A DNA stretch of 64,000 nucleotides from an uncultured Poribacteria bacterium (GTDB lineage: Bacteria; Poribacteria; WGA-4E; WGA-3G), in assembly GCA_958296135.2 (NCBI GenBank), contig CATQHZ020000001.1, forward strand, positions 2,784,001 to 2,848,000, written 5' to 3'. The position numbers and the translations under genes were made by a program. Under the pieces are notes generated by a model that was given only the letters and a program-made list of their open reading frames with translations, had not been told where the DNA came from and made no database searches. How positions within the stretch are numbered: the first letter of the stretch is position 1; every line of letters starts with the position of its first letter. Shown piece after piece: positions 28,987 to 37,330 of this stretch.

Positions 28987-30381
28987 CTAAACCAGATCGC
29001 GCATTGCACGTTCGCGCCGGTCGGCGATTTGACGTTCCCGCTCCTCATCAGAGGGTTGGCCGCCGGGCTGCGCAACGATGGGACGATATTCAGCTGCCTC
29101 GCTTCGCCGCTTAAAGACGCGGAAAAAGTCAAATCGTGTCAATGTCGGTGGGATATTCCCCGGACACAACGCATGCAAACCTACATGCACCCGATTGCCC
29201 ATGCCGACGTTAGTCTGGCCGCAACTCTTCCACTGAATCCCGTCGCCGCTGGCGAACGCGGAGAACTGATTGCCTCGCCGTTCCATCCTCAGGAAGAGTT
29301 CGCGTGCATTTCTGAGCCCGCCGCCACGGCCGCGCAAATGGAAAGCACGGTTCACGTGCCTTTCAAAACGGACATCGCCCCGGAAGGCGTGTGGGCCCGA
29401 AGTCTTCTCCAATCGGAGGAACCGGTTAGAATGCTTCCAGATAAGCAACCCGCCATGCTCTCGCTGTTGCGATGAGATAGGCATCCGGGTCTCGATTGCA
29501 AAATCGCCTTCAATTTCCATCAATAGGCGAGGCGCGCTCATATCACCCCCTCTGCCGTTGGGGCCGTGCCAGAGGTCTTGCCCGGGCTCAGTGCGCATTT
29601 CCAAGTAGCCCTGGCGTTCCGCCCAAGAACCGCCGCCCTTCGGATCCTCCCATCGCCACTCCGGGCGCATCCGATTCCCGATGAATTCATCTTCAAACAC
29701 CATCTCCGTAAATTCACCTGACGATGCCCAGCCCTCAATTTTAACGGCGGAGATAGAATCCCCAAAACTCTGTGGCAGCAAATGAAGATTCGGCAACTCT
29801 TTCTTATACTCCATTGGCTCCATGCGGATAGGGAGACTTGCGCCTTCAAAATCAGGATGCTCATAGAAGATAACCTCGGCACCATCAGGCGGAAAATCGG
29901 GGCCCTTGAAAATGCGGATAGACGAAATCCTATCTTCAAACCAGGAGCGGCCCTGCGCATCGCGCAAATTCGCAATATCGCGCAGGATAGTGATTTTTCT
30001 ACCCCGAAACTCAACGTGCTCGTAACAATCCACAATCAGCGGAATCGTGCCCCACTCCGGCCCGACTACCTCTAGCGTAGAACCGAAGTTAATCGAAGAG
30101 ATTCTATCGGCAAAATTGTAGGCAGTATCATGCAAGTTTGGATAGAACCCAGGGCCGAGAGCCAATTTTTGCCCGCGGAAATTCGCATGCTGATAAAGGA
30201 TAACTTTGTAGTTCGGATTTGACGAAAAGTTGGGGCCTTTGTAAACGCGAAGGGAAGAAATATTGTCTTGAAACCCGATGTGCCGGGTGTGCCGAACGGG
30301 TTCAACCACATAGCCCATTCTGCCGCGAAAGTTTGTATGTTGAAACACCTCAACGACGAGGCGTGGTATGACGATTGGCAT
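28987..30381 (-). CDS. Beta/gamma-crystallin (four Greek keys) plus DUF1349/ConA-like domain protein
   Basis: (F/Y)xHxxFxG and DxISS motifs four times; C-terminal DLW..APRL..GDF..ET..GGL..W. Confidence 0.75.
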   Translation of the reverse strand: MPIVIPRLVVEVFQHTNFRGRMGYVVEPVRHTRHIGFQDNISSLRVYKGPNFSSNPNYKVILYQHANFRGQKLALGPGFYPNLHDTAYNFADRISSINFGSTLEVVGPEWGTIPLIVDCYEHVEFRGRKITILRDIANLRDAQGRSWFEDRISSIRIFKGPDFPPDGAEVIFYEHPDFEGASLPIRMEPMEYKKELPNLHLLPQSFGDSISAVKIEGWASSGEFTEMVFEDEFIGNRMRPEWRWEDPKGGGSWAERQGYLEMRTEPGQDLWHGPNGRGGDMSAPRLLMEIEGDFAIETRMPISSQQREHGGLLIWKHSNRFLRLEKTSGPHAFRGDVRFERHVNRAFHLRGRGGGLRNARELFLRMERRGNQFSAFASGDGIQWKSCGQTNVGMGNRVHVGLHALCPGNIPPTLTRFDFFRVFKRRSEAAEYRPIVAQPGGQPSDEERERQIADRRERAMRDLV

Positions 30382-30471
30382 TTTTTCTCCTATGAATTCT
30401 TTTTTCTAACAGCAAATTGGCAACGGACAGATATAGAAAGCCGGCCTTACAGATGGATATAGCCGGCCGCT

Positions 30472-31563
30472 TTAACTCAGGCTTGCCTCGTAGATCTGAG
30501 CATACCCGCTCCTGTCCGAAGTAAACACGATATGCTGCCCATCAGGACTAAAAGAGGGATGCGGGTGCGTATGCTGCGGCGCGTAGACCTGGGTTGGGCC
30601 ATCTGCATAAGGAAACGGGCCGTTCCAATGTTCACCGATAGACGAGGCATTCGGATAGCATAATGTCTGCGGCGCACCAACGCTATCAAGCGGGTCAAAC
30701 GTCTGGATGCCGATATCCGGAAAATTGGTGTCCGCTACCATGAGGGTTCCCGCCGGATTGCAGATAGCATGCCACGCGTTGAACGTAGTCACCTGTCGCT
30801 CGGCCCCGGTGTCAACGTGAACACATCGCACACCGCGGGGCCAATCCACAAAGGCGAGTTCCCGCGTCCGCGGCATCCACGTTTCGTGCGTAATCCACTC
30901 GTTTTTTTTCACGTTGCGCGCGTAAAGGCGACGGTTTCCACTGCCATCTCGGTGAATCACCCAGACCCGGTCTGTGAGCGGGCCTGCGTAATAGAGCAGA
31001 TTCGCATCATCCGGGCAGAATTGGAGGTGCCCGATGCTATCCCGGCGCAGAATTATTTCATGCTCCCCAGTGTCGGTATCCACGATAGCGAGCGCGGATT
31101 CTTCGCCGATGTTAAATCGCACCGCCCACCACTTGTCATCGTGACTGAGCGCGGTCGTGCCCATCGCTGCGGCCACCATGCCTTTTTCCTGCATCGCGGT
31201 TGCGGCGAAGTTCACGAGCTCGCGCTCCTCAAGCGTCTCCAAGTCTAGCCGCCAGCCGCTGGTACCCGCAGTAAAAAAGACTGCGGTGCCATCGTGCGAT
31301 GGATGCCCAGACCATTCGCTTAAGTCTGTCCGGTCTGTCAACTGTCGGAGTTCGCCGGTGGCGCGTTCTTCGGCGAAAAGCTGCGGCGCGCCTGTCCGAT
31401 GCGAGACGAAGATGAGCCGCTGCATCGCATCGTCATACGCCGGTATGATAAAAAACGGATGATGATGCAGTGCAGAAGCCGTCGTCACCTGTCGGATGCG
31501 CGTGCCGGTGCGGGTATCGTGAAACGTTCGGGATTCCGATGCGTAAACCGTGCCTTTTGCCAT
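30472..31563 (-). CDS. Oligogalacturonate lyase family beta-propeller protein
   Basis: DTRTGTRIRQVT, THETW, HPHPSFSPDG..FTSDRSG. Confidence 0.8.
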   Translation of the reverse strand: MAKGTVYASESRTFHDTRTGTRIRQVTTASALHHHPFFIIPAYDDAMQRLIFVSHRTGAPQLFAEERATGELRQLTDRTDLSEWSGHPSHDGTAVFFTAGTSGWRLDLETLEERELVNFAATAMQEKGMVAAAMGTTALSHDDKWWAVRFNIGEESALAIVDTDTGEHEIILRRDSIGHLQFCPDDANLLYYAGPLTDRVWVIHRDGSGNRRLYARNVKKNEWITHETWMPRTRELAFVDWPRGVRCVHVDTGAERQVTTFNAWHAICNPAGTLMVADTNFPDIGIQTFDPLDSVGAPQTLCYPNASSIGEHWNGPFPYADGPTQVYAPQHTHPHPSFSPDGQHIVFTSDRSGYAQIYEASLS

Positions 31564-31707
31564 TTCATACTCCTAATCATTGCGCGTTTCCAAAGCGCGC
31601 CTACCGGCCGGAAATTACAAGATTGACATAAGACTGTCTCCGTAGGCGCGGTTGCAAATCGCGCCTACCGGCGGCGAATTGTGGCATGTGCGGCAGCCCC
31701 GGGCCTA

Positions 31708-32706
31708 TTATTCCTCAAACGCGGCATCAAAAGCGACAGAGGAAGGCTCAAAATCGTAACCCTTCACCGCACTGCAGGACTCGCGAGCACCGTGCTCCCG
31801 GTCCATGCCGCTGTCCTCCCATTCAATGGAGAGGGGGCCGTCATATCCCATGTTGTTGAGGGCTCGGATGATTTCCTCAAACTGGATTTTGCCGCGCCCG
31901 ATGGAGCGGAAATCCCAGTAACGCCGCGCATCGCCGAAATTCAAATGCCCGCCAAACACGCCAGCTAACCGCGGCGTATCTGCCCACCATACATCCTTCA
32001 TGTGGACATGATAAATCCGATCGCTCAGCCGCTCAAGAAACGCGACGTAATCAACACCTTGATAGCCGAGATGGCTCGGGTCATAGTTGAACCCGAACGT
32101 TTTCCTGCCATCAAGTGCCTCAATCGCGCGCTCCGCCGTGACGATGTCAAACGCAATCTCGGTGGGATGCACCTCAAGCCCGAATTTGACACCGACTTCG
32201 TCAAAGACATCAAAAATCGGATGCCAGCGGTTCGCGAAGTCTTCAAAGCCTGCATCGATTTGCCCCGGGGCGTTCGGCGGGAATGAGTAGAGCAGGTGCC
32301 AGATCGAACTGCCAGTGAAGCCGTTGACAACGTTCACGCCGAGTTTTGCTGCCGCGCGCGCCGTGTTCTTCATCTCTTCCGCGGCGCGTTCTTGAACACC
32401 ACCCGGGTCTCCATCGCCCCACACATAGGCCGGCACGATGCCTTGATGACGCGCATCGATGTTATCGCAAACCGCCTGTCCGACGAGATGATTGCTCACC
32501 GCCCAGACCTTCAGGCCATATTTGGCGAGCAAGTCGTGCCGGCCTTGGCAGTAGCCGTCCTCGGCGAGGGCCTTGTCCACCTCAAAATGGTCTCCCCAGC
32601 AGGCGAGTTCTAAGCCGTCGTAGCCCCATCCGCTCGCCTTCTGTGCAAGTTCTTCAAGTGTTAAATCTGCCCATTGTCCTGTAAACAGTGTCACGGGTCT
32701 TGCCAT
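31708..32706 (-). CDS. Sugar phosphate isomerase/epimerase family protein
   Basis: [40 protein letters not shown]. Confidence 0.9.
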   Translation of the reverse strand: MARPVTLFTGQWADLTLEELAQKASGWGYDGLELACWGDHFEVDKALAEDGYCQGRHDLLAKYGLKVWAVSNHLVGQAVCDNIDARHQGIVPAYVWGDGDPGGVQERAAEEMKNTARAAAKLGVNVVNGFTGSSIWHLLYSFPPNAPGQIDAGFEDFANRWHPIFDVFDEVGVKFGLEVHPTEIAFDIVTAERAIEALDGRKTFGFNYDPSHLGYQGVDYVAFLERLSDRIYHVHMKDVWWADTPRLAGVFGGHLNFGDARRYWDFRSIGRGKIQFEEIIRALNNMGYDGPLSIEWEDSGMDREHGARESCSAVKGYDFEPSSVAFDAAFEE

Positions 32707-32757
32707 GTTATTCCTCCTATTGAAACCACCGCGAGGGACAGGCCCCCGCGCTACGTG

Positions 32758-33930
32758 TTAGGCCGGTGGTGTATACCGCGCGTCTACCCAGCCGCGCTGC
32801 TGCCCGCTCTCCACAGCGGTGTTGATGAAGTGCACGCCGCGCGCCCCATCTTGGACTGTGGGGAAATCGGTGTCAAATTCACTCGGCACCTCGCCTGCGC
32901 TCTTGGCAGCCATCGTGCGAGTGGCGTTGACGTAGATGTTCGCGAACGCTTCAATGAACGCCTCCGGATGCCCAAACGGGATGCGGCTGTTGTGCTGAAC
33001 AATCTCCGCCAGATAGTCGTTGCCGCGCTTGTAAACCTGCTCCGGCCCATCGGGGAACCGGACATAGAGATAATTCGGGTTTTCCTGATGCCAGTCCAAG
33101 GAAGCATCGGTGCCATAGACGCGGATGCGCAGGTTATTCTCTTCACCGACAGAGATTTGCGAGGCGAACAGCACGCCGCGAACCCCGTTTTCATAATGCA
33201 CGAGCAGATTTCCATCGTCTTCTAACAGCCTGCCCTCAACAAACGTCGTCATGTCGGCGCAGATTGCTTCCATTTCAAGCCCGGTGATGTAGTGCGCCAG
33301 ATTTTCTGCATGCGAACCGATATCCCCGATACAGGACGAAGCACCGGCTTGCTTCGGATCTGTGCGCCAGACAGCTTGCTTCGCGCCTTCGTCTTCCAAA
33401 AACGTAGAAAGCCATCCCTGCGGATATTCTACCACAATCTTGCGAATCGTGCCGAGTTTTCCTTCGCGGACAAGCGCGCGCGCCTGCTTCACCATCGGGT
33501 AACCAGTGTAGTTATGCGTCAGCGCGAAAACGACATCGCGCGCCTTGACGAGGCGGCATAACTCCTCCGCATCGGCTACCGTTGTCGTCATCGGTTTATC
33601 GCAGACGACGTGGAACCCTGCTTCGATGAAGGTTTTGGCGACATCAAAATGAACGTGATTGGGTGTCACGATTGAGACAAAATCGATGCGTTCGCCTTCG
33701 GGGAGTCGGCTCTCTTTTTCCGCCATCTCCTTGTAGGAACCGTAGACTCGGTTTTTGTCAAGGAAGAGTTCCGCGCCTTGCTGGCGCGATTTTTCGGGGG
33801 ATGATGAAAACGCGCCTGCAACCAAATCAATTTCGCCATCAAGTGCCGCGGCTTTCCGGTGAACACCTCCAATGAAGGCATCTGGCCCACCGCCTACCAT
33901 TCCATACCGTATTTTTCTACCAAGTGGCAT
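32758..33930 (-). CDS. Gfo/Idh/MocA family oxidoreductase
   Basis: GMVGGG..FIGGVHR, VCDKPM, YPQGWL, GHPEAFIEAFANIY. Confidence 0.92.
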   Translation of the reverse strand: MPLGRKIRYGMVGGGPDAFIGGVHRKAAALDGEIDLVAGAFSSSPEKSRQQGAELFLDKNRVYGSYKEMAEKESRLPEGERIDFVSIVTPNHVHFDVAKTFIEAGFHVVCDKPMTTTVADAEELCRLVKARDVVFALTHNYTGYPMVKQARALVREGKLGTIRKIVVEYPQGWLSTFLEDEGAKQAVWRTDPKQAGASSCIGDIGSHAENLAHYITGLEMEAICADMTTFVEGRLLEDDGNLLVHYENGVRGVLFASQISVGEENNLRIRVYGTDASLDWHQENPNYLYVRFPDGPEQVYKRGNDYLAEIVQHNSRIPFGHPEAFIEAFANIYVNATRTMAAKSAGEVPSEFDTDFPTVQDGARGVHFINTAVESGQQRGWVDARYTPPA

Positions 33931-34187
33931 AGTCCGTATTTCCTTTCGTCAAAAAATAAATGTATTTGGATTGATAGGTATTATCTCATGTTTCATTAAA
34001 TTTTTCAAGTTTTTTTGTGTCTGCACAGAACAATTCGGTTTTCAGTTTCCGATAGCAACAGTGAAAATCAACACCGGTCCTCTCCCTGTAGGGCAGGTTC
34101 GCCCCATCCTGACCTGTTTGCGCTCGGGAGATCGCAAACTACAGATATTAGGATAACTAAATGCCTCTGAATGTTAATCTTTTTAAC

Positions 34188-34255
34188 TTGCAAACGGTTT
34201 GCAAAAATGCTATACTTTTAATGTCAGGTTTCACGACTTTGGAAAAACGTTTCCA
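34188..34255 (+). promoter_or_regulatory. Promoter TTGCAA-17-TATACT overlapped by palindrome TTGCAAACgGTTTGCAA; second palindrome TGGAAAAACGTTTCCA (LacI-type operator-like)
   Basis: Palindromes and promoter spacing read directly from the sequence. Confidence 0.5.
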
Positions 34256-34285
34256 GATTGAGGGTGTTAGACTCATAAAAAAAGT

Positions 34286-34314
34286 TTGACATCATAACTG
34301 TTTTGTGGTATTCT
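34286..34314 (+). promoter_or_regulatory. Sigma70 promoter TTGACA-17-TATTCT for the cytosine MTase operon
   Basis: Near-consensus with extended TG, about 30 nt upstream of the ATG. Confidence 0.65.
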
Positions 34315-34345
34315 ACCTAAAAAGCCTTTGAGAGGGTAGCGGGAA

Positions 34346-35371
34346 ATGATTAAAGCGATTGACTTCTTCTGCGGCGCAGGCGGGTTAACAAGAGGGCTGC
34401 TAAATGCAGGTGTCTCTGTGCTCGCGGGTGTTGATAACGATGAACGTTTGCGAAAAACCTATATGCATAATAACGCGCCGAGCCGTTTCATCAATAGCGA
34501 CATCAACGCGGTCAAAATCCATGAATTCCGGAAAGAACTCGGCATTCAAGCTGAGGACGTAACGCTTTACGCTGCCTGCACACCGTGCCAACCTTTCTCT
34601 ACCTTGAGCCGGTTGAAAGGGAAGGATGAACGGAAATTCCTCCTACTAGTTTTCGCACAAATCGTGGAAGAATACCCACCGGACTTTATCCTCGTTGAGA
34701 ATGTGCCCGGGCTGAATAACGGTGCTGGAAAGGATATCTACGAGGAATTCACGCGGGTTCTGGAACGGTGCGGATTTTCGGCGTATGCAGGTTTATTGGA
34801 CGCGAAACATTTCGGCGTGCCGCAAACGCGCAAACGGTTCATCCTCGTCGCATCCCGAGACGCGAATGTGTCCCTGCCTATCCCACAGACAAAAGCAGAC
34901 CGGTTCGCAACCGTGAGGGAGTCTATTGAAAAGTATCCTGCTATCGCTGATGGCGAAGAATCAAACGCGTATCCGAACCATGTCGCGAGGCAGCTGCAAC
35001 CGCATCACAAACGCATTGTTGAAGCAGTTCCGAAAGATGGCGGGAGCCGGCTGGATGTGTCCGATACGTCGCTGCTGCTAACGTGTCATCAAAAGAACCC
35101 TAAGGCGCATAGCAATGTATTTAGTCGGATGGCGTGGGACGCGCCGAGCCCAACGTTGACAAGCCGCTGCGCTGACGTTTATAGTGGGCGTTTTGTCCAT
35201 CCAGAACAGCATCGAGGGCTCTCCTTGCGGGAGGCGGCTGCCCTACAAACTTTCGATGATGATTACGAATTTTTCGGAGCATCTATTTCCGGAATATCAC
35301 GCCAGATTGGGAACGCTGTCCCCGTAAAACTTGCAGAACAATTGGGGAGAGCCATACGAACTGTCTGTTGA
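34346..35371 (+). CDS. dcm: DNA (cytosine-5)-methyltransferase
   Basis: DFFCGAGG, TPCQPFS, VENVPG, GVPQTRKR, RQIGNAVP. Confidence 0.93.
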   Translation: MIKAIDFFCGAGGLTRGLLNAGVSVLAGVDNDERLRKTYMHNNAPSRFINSDINAVKIHEFRKELGIQAEDVTLYAACTPCQPFSTLSRLKGKDERKFLLLVFAQIVEEYPPDFILVENVPGLNNGAGKDIYEEFTRVLERCGFSAYAGLLDAKHFGVPQTRKRFILVASRDANVSLPIPQTKADRFATVRESIEKYPAIADGEESNAYPNHVARQLQPHHKRIVEAVPKDGGSRLDVSDTSLLLTCHQKNPKAHSNVFSRMAWDAPSPTLTSRCADVYSGRFVHPEQHRGLSLREAAALQTFDDDYEFFGASISGISRQIGNAVPVKLAEQLGRAIRTVC

Positions 35372-35390
35372 CAGTCAAGGTAAGCACACG

Positions 35391-37313
35391 ATGAATCAGG
35401 AAATCAATCGTTCCAAAAAGCCCTATCAAATGAAGTTTGATATCGGCACCATTAAGCACCTCGGTTTGCAGATGTATTCAACCTTGCCATCTGTCATCGG
35501 GGAATTGGTGGCCAACAGTTGGGATGCCGACGCAACCAGGGTTGAGATTAAGATCCCTGACAAGCCAATTGACGCGTCGTCGGAAATCGTCATTCGCGAT
35601 GATGGCATCGGTATGTCGGATGCGGATGTGCGAAATAAATATCTCATTATCGGGAGAGACCGGCGCGATGAGGAGAAGGCCGATCACACCCCGGCGCGTC
35701 GCCCTATCATGGGCAGAAAAGGCATCGGTAAATTTTCGGCGTTTGGCATCGCAAAGGAAATCGCTGTCGAAAGCGTGAAAAACGGAGAAGTCAGCTACTT
35801 CCGAATGAATTATGACGAACTCCTTGAAAACGCGGACAACCGAGAAATTGAACTACCGTCCGAGGATCCAACTGGAGATGTCACCAAAGGCACAACAGTG
35901 ACGCTCCGACATCTCACAAAATTCCAAACGCGTAGCATTTCAACTGGTACCCTTCGTCGCAGACTCGCCCGGCGATTCGCTGTCATCGGCGAGCAAAACA
36001 ACTTTGAAGTCGTCATTAACGGCAAATCCATTTCGCTGGAAGACCGGGACTTGCAACGCCTACTCGAAAAAGATATGGCCGATAAACCGTATCTGTGGGA
36101 ATACAACGAAGAAATTGAACCAGAAACTGGCTGGATAGTGTCAGGCTGGATCGGCTGCCTCAATCGGACATCGCCCGCCATCGATGGGATAGACCGCGGT
36201 ATCGCTCTGATGGCGAGAGGTAAATTAGTCCAAGAACCTTTTGTTTTCAACGCGGTTGGTGGACAACAGTTCGCGTTTTCTTACCTCATTGGCGAACTTC
36301 ACGCGGAATTCGTTGATGGACCGGAGGACACCATTGGAACAAGCCGGAACGTCTTGGTGTGGGACACGGAAGCAAACACCGCTCTCAAAAAGTGGGGACA
36401 AAAAGAGGTTAACAAAATTGCCCGCAGGTGGTCTAAGAAACGCCGTGAGGATAACGAACGGGGATTGCAAGAAAACCAACTGTATGTCAACTTTCGGCAG
36501 CGTGCAAAAGAAATAGGCAATACACGCGCGTTAAAATTGGCAGACCAATTAGTACGCCAAGTAATCAACAAGAATCCTACCGACGACGTTAAGGAACTTG
36601 AACCCCTCATCCAAAATTTTCTTGATTTTCTGGAGTTTGACACCTTTTGGGAAATCGCCAACGACTTAACCGAAGCCGAACTTGAAGACCCGGGAAAACT
36701 CCTGGATTTATTCAGGGAGTGGCAAATCGTCGAAGCCAAAGAGATGGAACGGGTTACCCGAGGCCGAATAGCCACCATCGAAAAACTTCAGAAACTCATC
36801 GAAACCAATGCGTTGGAAGTGCCAACACTCCATAATTTCCTACGCGAATTCCCTTGGGTCATCGACCCGCGTTGGGAATTGGTAGATGATGAGATTACAT
36901 ATACTAGATTGCTGCGTGAACAATTTCCCCAAAATAGTGATGTCCCAGAGACGAACAGGCGAATCGATTTTCTCTGTGTTAGCGAAAGGACAAATTTGGT
37001 CGTAGTGGAAATAAAACGCCCACAGTCACAGGCTTCTTGGGAAGATCTCGACCAAATTGAGGATTATGTCGGTTTTATGCGAGATCGCATTAAGCAGACA
37101 ACTGATTCGCGATATCGGGATGTCACGGGATACCTTCTTTGTGGCAGTCTAAGAGACCATTACAAAGTCAGGGAAAAGAAGGACAATTTAGAAGCAGCAC
37201 GAATCTACGTCAAGATGTACACGGATTTACTTCACACGGCAAAACGCGTCCATGCTGAATTCCTAGAACGCTACCAGCAATTGCGGGAAGCAAAACAAAA
37301 GGAAAAGGGGTAA
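35391..37313 (+). CDS. GHKL/MORC-type ATPase with C-terminal PD-(D/E)XK (NucS-like) nuclease domain
   Basis: ELVANSWDADA, DDGIGM, GRKGIGK, GTTVTL; RIDFLC..VVVEIKRP. Confidence 0.85.
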   Translation: MNQEINRSKKPYQMKFDIGTIKHLGLQMYSTLPSVIGELVANSWDADATRVEIKIPDKPIDASSEIVIRDDGIGMSDADVRNKYLIIGRDRRDEEKADHTPARRPIMGRKGIGKFSAFGIAKEIAVESVKNGEVSYFRMNYDELLENADNREIELPSEDPTGDVTKGTTVTLRHLTKFQTRSISTGTLRRRLARRFAVIGEQNNFEVVINGKSISLEDRDLQRLLEKDMADKPYLWEYNEEIEPETGWIVSGWIGCLNRTSPAIDGIDRGIALMARGKLVQEPFVFNAVGGQQFAFSYLIGELHAEFVDGPEDTIGTSRNVLVWDTEANTALKKWGQKEVNKIARRWSKKRREDNERGLQENQLYVNFRQRAKEIGNTRALKLADQLVRQVINKNPTDDVKELEPLIQNFLDFLEFDTFWEIANDLTEAELEDPGKLLDLFREWQIVEAKEMERVTRGRIATIEKLQKLIETNALEVPTLHNFLREFPWVIDPRWELVDDEITYTRLLREQFPQNSDVPETNRRIDFLCVSERTNLVVVEIKRPQSQASWEDLDQIEDYVGFMRDRIKQTTDSRYRDVTGYLLCGSLRDHYKVREKKDNLEAARIYVKMYTDLLHTAKRVHAEFLERYQQLREAKQKEKG

Positions 37314-37330
37314 CCCAACACAGTTACCCC
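37307..37330. terminator. Hairpin between convergent genes (ggggtaac..gttacccc)
   Basis: 8 bp stem at the junction of two stop codons; tttt follows on the minus strand. Confidence 0.5.
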
